From Okeania sp. (GTDB lineage Bacteria > Cyanobacteriota > Cyanobacteriia > Cyanobacteriales > Microcoleaceae): DNA of 23,291 nt. Location of the stretch: the NCBI RefSeq assembly GCF_035285525.1, contig NZ_JAYKGW010000011.1:1-23291 (forward strand). The letters run 5' to 3'. Each line of letters starts with the position of its first letter. The stretch's first letter is position 1. Below are positions 17,281 through 23,291 of the stretch, one piece after another. Made by a program: the position numbers and the translations under genes. The notes under the pieces are model-generated. The model was not told the origin of the DNA, searched no databases, and saw nothing but the letters and a program-made list of their open reading frames with translations.

Positions 17281-17415
17281 ATGACTAGCCAAAATCCAAA
17301 TCAACCAGTTAGCTATCCAATTTTTACTGTTAGATGGTTAGCAGTTCATACTTTAGGCGTACCTACAGTTTTCTTTTTAGGTGCTATTGCCGCGATGCAG
17401 TTTATTCAAAGATAG
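17281..17415 (+). CDS. psbF: Cytochrome b559 beta subunit (44 aa; below the ORF-track size cutoff)
   Basis: Hand translation: [49 protein letters not shown] lies upstream. Confidence 0.93.
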   Translation: MTSQNPNQPVSYPIFTVRWLAVHTLGVPTVFFLGAIAAMQFIQR

Positions 17416-17433
17416 GAGCATAAAATCATGCCC

Positions 17434-17556
17434 ATGGAACGTAATAATAATCCTAATGTGCAGCAACGAGTAGAATTAAATCGTACTTCTCTCTACCTTG
17501 GTTTGCTGTTGGTGTTTGTTCTCGGTATTCTGTTTTCTAGTTATTTCTTTAACTAA
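17434..17556 (+). CDS. psbL: Photosystem II protein L (40 aa)
   Basis: Hand translation: [40 protein letters not shown]. An in-frame ATG two codons upstream (17428) is an alternative start. Confidence 0.9.
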   Translation: MERNNNPNVQQRVELNRTSLYLGLLLVFVLGILFSSYFFN

Positions 17557-17581
17557 ATTGGAAAACCGAATTAAGTAATTT

Positions 17582-17622
17582 CTACCTATACAAGTCACTC
17601 TATTTAGGTAATGTATAGGTAG
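17582..17622 (+). other. Perfect 11-bp-stem hairpin inside the psbL-psbJ spacer
   Basis: ctacctataca (17582-17592) pairs with tgtataggtag (17612-17622) around a 19-nt loop. No U-tract follows. Confidence 0.6.
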
Positions 17623-17710
17623 TAAATTCAACTAAAAAGTTTAACAAGTAAATTGTTTACAAATTTCTTTCAGATAATAGTTAATTTTGCAATAATTGAG
17701 GTGGAATATT

Positions 17711-17833
17711 ATGATGTCTGAACCAGGAAGAATTCCTTTATGGTTAGTTGGTCTTGTTGCTGGCACTGGTGTACTTGTAGTTGTTGGTCTTTTCTTCTAT
17801 GGAGCTTATGTTGGTGTAGGTTCTTCTTTATAA
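17711..17833 (+). CDS. psbJ: Photosystem II protein J (40 aa)
   Basis: Hand translation: [47 protein letters not shown] lies 8 nt upstream. The second ATG (17714) is an alternative start. Confidence 0.9.
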   Translation: MMSEPGRIPLWLVGLVAGTGVLVVVGLFFYGAYVGVGSSL

Positions 17834-17848
17834 GAAAATGATAACTCG

Positions 17849-17888
17849 GTAGGGACGTTTATGGAACGTCCCTACTTTCTTTTTGTTG
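17849..17888 (+). terminator. Rho-independent terminator of psbEFLJ, built from a GTAGGGACGTT palindromic repeat
   Basis: gtagggacgtt-tatgg-aacgtccctac (11-bp GC-rich stem, 5-nt loop) followed by tttctttttgtt, starting 16 nt after the psbJ stop. Confidence 0.75.
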
Positions 17889-17967
17889 GACTCACATTAA
17901 AAGTCTTTCGGATAGAATCTAGCTATTTTGAAATAATTAATAATTAACAATTAATAATTAATAATTA

Positions 17968-18039
17968 GGGCTGGCTGATTAAATATAAAAGTCTTTATAG
18001 ATAAAGTTTTTAGCTTTTTTAGGTCGTGATTTCTCACCG
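17968..18039. repeat. Inverted copy of the ~80-nt MITE-like repeat seen at 11074-11154
   Basis: gggctggctgattaaat...ttctcaccg. Its reverse complement aligns with 11074-11154 with scattered mismatches. Confidence 0.65.
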
Positions 18040-18201
18040 AACTGTCATTACTGAAATGACTACCCCCCTACTCCCGTCTCGCTTCAAAGAAAGTGTTAGG
18101 TTTTAGGTATGAAAAAAATCAATCTTTCATCTACCGTCTTGCTGATAACAGATGACTGACTACCTACTACCTAACACAAAAGACAAAATTTGCTTCTAGA
18201 A

Positions 18202-18621
<420 letters not shown>

Positions 18622-18984
18622 TTACACTAGATTTAAGTTTTAAGTTTACTCGTTGATCAGGATGCCACCTTTTAATATCACTGCCAAGAGGGCCTTGTTT
18701 GTTAAAAAGCATACATTTCCACAAAGCTTTCTTAAAAGCTGGAAAAATCTTAATCCTTTCAGTATTTAAACTATATATCTTACATTTTGGGGTAAGGCAA
18801 ACCTAACCTGGTAAAGAGTAACAGAAAACATAAAAATTAATAGTTTCTAGCATAGAGATACCAAAAAAATCATACCTTTAACCTGTAGAGAATCTTAAAG
18901 TTTTCTAGCAATTATGCTAAAAATACTCTTTACGGCATTATATTTTTACTTATGGGTGTGCTGAATAAAGTCTTTTTCTTGGTA

Positions 18985-19005
18985 GGGAGTAGGGAGTAGG
19001 GAGTA
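18985..19005. repeat. STRR heptamer array (GGGAGTA)x3, fused to a GTAGGGACGTTGCATA repeat fragment
   Basis: Units at 18985, 18992 and 18999, followed by tgtagggacgttgcatacaaca. Confidence 0.85.
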
Positions 19006-19141
19006 TGTAGGGACGTTGCATACAACATCTTTACAGAGTTAAGATTTACGGAAGTTGTAGAAGAAATGGTCATTCATAATTACTTCTTAGTTTTTATGTC
19101 ATAATTACCCGGTTTAAGCTCATATTTTCCCCTCCATAAAC

Positions 19142-19234
19142 CGAAAAGCTGGTACTTTTACGGTTCCGGATCAATCAGCTACCACATATTCTTCAAACCT
19201 TTATTGAATAGTGCTTTGATATTTAATCAGCAAG
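19142..19234. repeat. Third copy of the MITE-like repeat (cgaaaagctggtactttt...atttaatcagcaag), with an internal insertion
   Basis: Both ends align with 11074-11154. The internal segment acggttccggatcaatcagc recurs, inverted, at 10862-10895. Confidence 0.55.
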
Positions 19235-19400
19235 TCTTACTGAATACAGGACTTATTCACTAAACTAAGGTTAATCAAGGAAATTTCCTGAGACCAAAAA
19301 AAATAATCAGGGCAGTAGACTTAGTTTCTTATTTGGCTGTATAAGTCATGTTACAATAATAAATTTAATTATAAAAATATTATCCAAAGAGGAATTACCT

Positions 19401-21239
19401 ATGCAATTACAAACTAAAGTAACCCTCAAACGAGCTACTGGTGCATTTGCATTAATAGACAGTCTCAAGCGTCATGGAGTCAAACACATATTTGGCTACC
19501 CAGGGGGTGCAATTTTGCCAATATATGACGAACTTTACCGAGCAGAAGTGGCAGGAGATTTACAACACATCCTAGTCCGACATGAACAAGGAGCTTCTCA
19601 TGCCGCAGATGGATATGCCCGTGCTACTGGTAGAGTAGGTGTATGTTTTGGCACATCAGGGCCAGGAGCAACCAACCTAGTTACAGGTATTGCTACTGCT
19701 CAGATGGACTCTATTCCTATGGTTGTGGTTACAGGGCAAGTAGGCCGACCAATGATTGGTACTGATGCTTTCCAAGAAACCGATATTTTTGGTATTACTC
19801 TACCTATAGTTAAACATTCTTATGTAGTCCGAGACCCCAGGGATATGGCCAGAATTGTGGCTGAAGCATTTCATATTGCTAGTACAGGTCGTCCAGGCCC
19901 TGTATTAATTGATGTACCCAAAGATGTGGGATTAGAAGAATTTGAGTATGAACCAGTGGAACCTGGTTCTATCAGACTATCTGCATATCATCCGACTATT
20001 CAGGGCAACTCGCGTCAGATTAACCAAGCAATTCATTTAATGGGAGAAGCACGCCGTCCTTTATTGTATGTAGGAGGTGGCGCTATTTCTGCTGATGCTC
20101 ATGCAGAAGTTCAAGAATTAGCAGAACATTTTAATATTCCTGTGACTACTACTTTGATGGGTAAGGGTGCTTTTAGTGAACATCATCCTCTGTCAGTGGG
20201 AATGTTGGGAATGCACGGCACTGCTTATGCCAACTTTGCAGTGAGTGAGTGTGATTTGTTAATTGCTGTTGGCGCTCGTTTTGATGACCGAGTGACAGGA
20301 AAGTTAGAGAAATTTGCTTGTCATGCTAAAGTAATTCATATTGATATCGATCCGGCAGAAGTTGGTAAAAATAGGACTCCTGATGTTCCAGTTGTGGGAG
20401 ATGTACGTCAAGTTTTGATCGATCTACTACGTCGTTGTCGGGAGACTGGCGATCCAACTAATTCTAATCAAACTCAAGTTTGGTTAGAACGTATTAATCG
20501 TTGGAAACAAGATTATCCCTTAGTTGTTCCGGAACATTCAGATAGCATTTCACCCCAAGAAGCGATCGCTGAAATTGGTAAAATGGCTCCAGATGCTTAT
20601 TATACTACTGATGTTGGTCAGCATCAAATGTGGGCAGCTCAATTTCTGAAGAATGGTCCTCGGCAATGGATTTCTAGTGCTGGTTTGGGGACGATGGGTT
20701 ATGGAATGCCTGCTGCTATGGGTGTGAAGGTGGCACTGCCAAACCGAGAGGTGATTTGTATTGCTGGTGATGCTAGTATTCAAATGAATATTCAGGAGTT
20801 GGGTACTCTAGCACATTATGGCATTAATGTGAAAACAGTTATTATTAATAATGGTTGGCAAGGTATGGTGCGTCAGTGGCAACAGGCGTTTTTTGGCGAT
20901 CGTTATTCTGCATCTAATATGGAAATGGGAATGCCTGACTTTGTGAAATTGGCGGAAGCTTATGGGGTAAAGGGAATGCTGGTTTCTCGTCGGGATGAGT
21001 TGAAAGAGGCGATCGCGGAAATCTTAGCTTTTGAGGGACCTGTGTTGATGGATGTTCGTGTGACTAAGGATGAAAATTGTTATCCGATGATTCCTCCTGG
21101 TAAGAGTAATGCTGAAATGGTTGGTTTACCTATTCGGAAACAGCTTGAGCAAGCGGTGGAGTTAATTCCTTGTGGTAATTGTGGATATGAAAGTATTGCT
21201 ACTAATAATTTCTGCCCTGAATGTGGTACTAAATTTTAG
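19401..21239 (+). CDS. ilvB: Acetolactate synthase (acetohydroxyacid synthase) large subunit, ThDP/FAD-dependent, with a C-terminal CxxC...CxxC tail
   Basis: 612 aa. [53 protein letters not shown], and the ThDP motif [14 protein letters not shown]...[16 protein letters not shown]...NNG. GAGGA lies upstream of the ATG. Confidence 0.93.
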   Translation: MQLQTKVTLKRATGAFALIDSLKRHGVKHIFGYPGGAILPIYDELYRAEVAGDLQHILVRHEQGASHAADGYARATGRVGVCFGTSGPGATNLVTGIATAQMDSIPMVVVTGQVGRPMIGTDAFQETDIFGITLPIVKHSYVVRDPRDMARIVAEAFHIASTGRPGPVLIDVPKDVGLEEFEYEPVEPGSIRLSAYHPTIQGNSRQINQAIHLMGEARRPLLYVGGGAISADAHAEVQELAEHFNIPVTTTLMGKGAFSEHHPLSVGMLGMHGTAYANFAVSECDLLIAVGARFDDRVTGKLEKFACHAKVIHIDIDPAEVGKNRTPDVPVVGDVRQVLIDLLRRCRETGDPTNSNQTQVWLERINRWKQDYPLVVPEHSDSISPQEAIAEIGKMAPDAYYTTDVGQHQMWAAQFLKNGPRQWISSAGLGTMGYGMPAAMGVKVALPNREVICIAGDASIQMNIQELGTLAHYGINVKTVIINNGWQGMVRQWQQAFFGDRYSASNMEMGMPDFVKLAEAYGVKGMLVSRRDELKEAIAEILAFEGPVLMDVRVTKDENCYPMIPPGKSNAEMVGLPIRKQLEQAVELIPCGNCGYESIATNNFCPECGTKF

Positions 21240-21536
21240 TTAAATATCTCCAAAAAAGAATGTAGAGACGCTCTATAAAACGTCTCTATAAGGGAATGTT
21301 TAATTTCTGAAGATGTCATTGTTATACAAGGGTAGGGGAGGCTTATGTACATACAGTGCTGCCCATTACCCTTGAGGTACAGTAAATGTATTCTTGACGG
21401 GGTAAATATTTTTTGCTCCTGTATAGGTGATTCGCGCAATTAGTTAGTGGCATTTCCCAGGAAATCACTCCTACTTCCTAAAATCCTCAATATATCTACC
21501 TGACAGCATGGGAGTAGCCTGATGCTCAACTAGAAA

Positions 21537-21998
21537 TTAATTTAGGATAGTAATAAGAGAAACTTTACCATCTAGTCCATTGTGCCTCTGATAATTAACT
21601 ATGACTTGACTATTATCTTGATTTTTTTCGTATGTGTTTACACAATATTGTTCATTAGGACCTAATGAATTAATATAGATTATTGAATAGTCATCATCGT
21701 TGTCTCCATTTGGATCATCATAGACTCCTACCTGACTTATTTCCACTGGTCCTTTAATTAACAAAGACCTTGTTTCATCATTTTCACACCGTCTCGTCTC
21801 TTTACAATTGTCTTGAACATATACCTCATTAGAATCATAATAAGCAATGATATCTTGAGTGCAGTTATTTCCTTCGTAAAAGAGAAAAGTACCTGCGAAA
21901 GCTGTACTTGCGTTGGTGATTAACAAGCTAATTGAAGCTAATCCGATAACCAGAGTAAGAGCAAAATTCTTAATTAGTAAACTGAACTTTGTCATCAT
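21537..21998 (-). CDS. Small secreted four-cysteine protein, possibly beta/gamma-crystallin-like or I36-inhibitor-like
   Basis: 153 aa. Signal peptide MMTKFSLLIKNFALTLVIGLASISLLITNASTAFA. The mature part has 4 Cys and two segments resembling Greek-key signatures (FLFYEGNNC...CENDETRSLLI and VGVYDDPNGDNDDDYSIIYI). The fold assignment is tentative. Confidence 0.5.
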   Translation of the reverse strand: MMTKFSLLIKNFALTLVIGLASISLLITNASTAFAGTFLFYEGNNCTQDIIAYYDSNEVYVQDNCKETRRCENDETRSLLIKGPVEISQVGVYDDPNGDNDDDYSIIYINSLGPNEQYCVNTYEKNQDNSQVIVNYQRHNGLDGKVSLITILN

Positions 21999-22316
21999 AG
22001 GGTCAAATTTATTCTGTAGTGAACAAATATGATTAAATATTACCTTGAGGAGCTAAGTCAATATATGATTAACATTTTTTTACAAAGGATTCCCATCACT
22101 GGATTTGATATAAATGATCACAAACTAACTATACCAATTACCACAAACTTTCGTATATTTGGATTTTCTATTTCTAAATATTCAGGACTTACGCAAACCA
22201 ACCAAGAAACCGGGTTTGTTTTAAATACTCCAGTTATATAATATTTACCTTCCAGAAACCCGGTTTCTCATAACACTCTGATTGATCGCCAACCGTACCA
22301 AAAGAATTTGATATAA

Positions 22317-22379
22317 CTTCCTTCTTCCTTCTTCCTTCTTCCTTCTTCCTTCTTCCTTCTCGCTTCTCGCTTCTCCTTT
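22317..22379. repeat. STRR heptamer array (CTTCCTT)x6 plus 3 variant units
   Basis: Perfect units at 22317 to 22358, then ctcgctt, ctcgctt and ctccttt. It ends 10 nt from the stop of the 22389-22829 gene. Confidence 0.9.
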
Positions 22380-22388
22380 TTCCTTCAA

Positions 22389-22829
22389 CTAGACTTCCCC
22401 TGTCAAAGCATCAGAAAATGGATCTGGTAAAGCTTGTTGTATTTCCATTTCTTCATTATCTTCAACAAATAAATCCTGCTCCTGACCATTATAACTTTTT
22501 TTTAAAATCTTTTTACTATTTTTGCGCCGACTATAATCTTGTAATCTTAACAACTCATCTTGATAAATAGAAATAATTTTTGTCAAAGACTCAGCTACTT
22601 CATCCCAACTTTCATCATCGACAATTTTTTCAGCAATACCCTGAAATAAATCCCCTTTTTGATTTTTTTGAACATATTCCTTGAGTAACTTCCCAGACTT
22701 TTGTAAAGCTGCCTGATATGCTTCTCCATCAGACCACCAAAATCCAGGCTGATTTAATAACCAAGTCAAAATATATTCTTGAGCGTGCTGCTGTTTTACC
22801 CAATTAGCAAGATATTGTAATTCATTCAT
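22389..22829 (-). CDS. Hypothetical protein, 146 aa, acidic C-terminus
   Basis: ATG-initiated ORF with coherent composition: MNELQYLANWVKQQHAQEYILTWLLNQPGFWWSDGEAYQAAL... No family recognised. Confidence 0.5.
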   Translation of the reverse strand: MNELQYLANWVKQQHAQEYILTWLLNQPGFWWSDGEAYQAALQKSGKLLKEYVQKNQKGDLFQGIAEKIVDDESWDEVAESLTKIISIYQDELLRLQDYSRRKNSKKILKKSYNGQEQDLFVEDNEEMEIQQALPDPFSDALTGEV

Positions 22830-22894
22830 ATATTTCCTATTTAAACTAAGATTTCTGTACTTGATTCAATCGTCTCAGTTTTCACTATTATATA

Positions 22895-23023
22895 TATAGA
22901 ATCCGGTTGAACAATTATCACTATCGACCATAGGAAGTAATCTCCACGCAGTCCTGAGATTGCTTTGTTCTAGGCTGTTACCGTCGCTGCGGACTTGAGT
23001 ATAGTAATTATGCGGATTCTATA
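22895..23023. repeat. MITE-like element bounded by perfect 11-bp terminal inverted repeats (tatagaatccg / cggattctata)
   Basis: TIRs at 22895-22905 and 23013-23023 enclose 107 nt. The cggattctatat motif recurs at about 6050-6063. An internal gagattgctt motif recurs near 12706 and, inverted, near 10126. Confidence 0.6.
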
Positions 23024-23043
23024 TTATAGCAATTTCGGAGGCG

Positions 23044-23145
23044 CGTGAGGTACAAAATTTTATTTAGTAATTTTAGTAACACAACCTTCCAGGTTGTTAC
23101 AGCAAACAAAGGCTGAACTACAGTAGAGATTAACTGTACCTCACG
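23044..23145. other. Nested stem-loop: an 11-bp perfect outer inverted repeat enclosing a 9-bp inner hairpin (structured RNA or MITE)
   Basis: cgtgaggtaca (23044-23054) pairs with tgtacctcacg (23135-23145). The inner hairpin is gtaacAcaacc-ttcca-ggttgttac (23076-23100, one bulged A). Confidence 0.5.
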
Positions 23146-23291
23146 ATCCTCATGCATTGCTATAATTAAAGGACTTACAAGGGAGGTACTATATATAGAG
23201 TTTTTTAACTATTACGCATGGGGTTAAAAGCACTATATCTAGAGTCGCGACGTAACTCCTGAACTATTAAAGGACTTACAAGGGAGGTACT

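Noticed and set aside
18701-18714. Possible NtcA site upstream of glnB (GTT-N8-TAC on the plus strand, GTA-N8-AAC in gene orientation).
   Set aside because: It has one mismatch to GTA-N8-TAC. I could not find a convincing TAN3T -10 box at the expected ~22-nt spacing. Too weak to call without TSS data.
21236-22241. ORFs 21236-21439 (-) and 22029-22241 (+).
   Set aside because: They span repeat hairpins and GGACTTACGCA or GAAACCCGGTTTC-type repeat units, and have poor composition and no ribosome-binding context. They are likely non-coding.

Overview
This window looks like chromosomal DNA from a filamentous, Nostocales-type cyanobacterium. The support is AT-rich intergenic DNA full of heptameric STRR arrays and several families of short palindromic or MITE-like repeats, plus a syntenic photosynthesis core. 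The right ~12 kb is conserved core: an M16 peptidase, ndhC-ndhK-ndhJ, the divergent rubA-ycf48-psbEFLJ cluster (psbF, psbL and psbJ are too short for the ORF track and were found by hand), glnB (PII) and ilvB. Two small lineage-specific genes follow. The left ~11 kb looks accessory. It holds a 1265-aa mosaic protein (DUF4347, SBBP-like repeats, two cadherin-like modules, six FG-GAP-like blades) with no visible export signal. It also holds a stand-alone DUF790/Bax1-like nuclease, an orphan ShlB/FhaC-type TpsB transporter, a PEP-CTERM gene broken only by four in-frame stops, a small vWA-like protein with a degenerate MIDAS motif, and a solo IS607-type serine recombinase without tnpB. I see no CRISPR array, tRNA or rRNA, and no recognisable complete defence system. 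The most unusual items are the accessory block and its components, the mirror-image G-quadruplex-capable heptamer arrays abutting two divergent start codons, and the palindromic repeats at gene ends. No homology search or RNA folding was run. Family calls rest on motifs read from the translations, and functional ideas are hypotheses.
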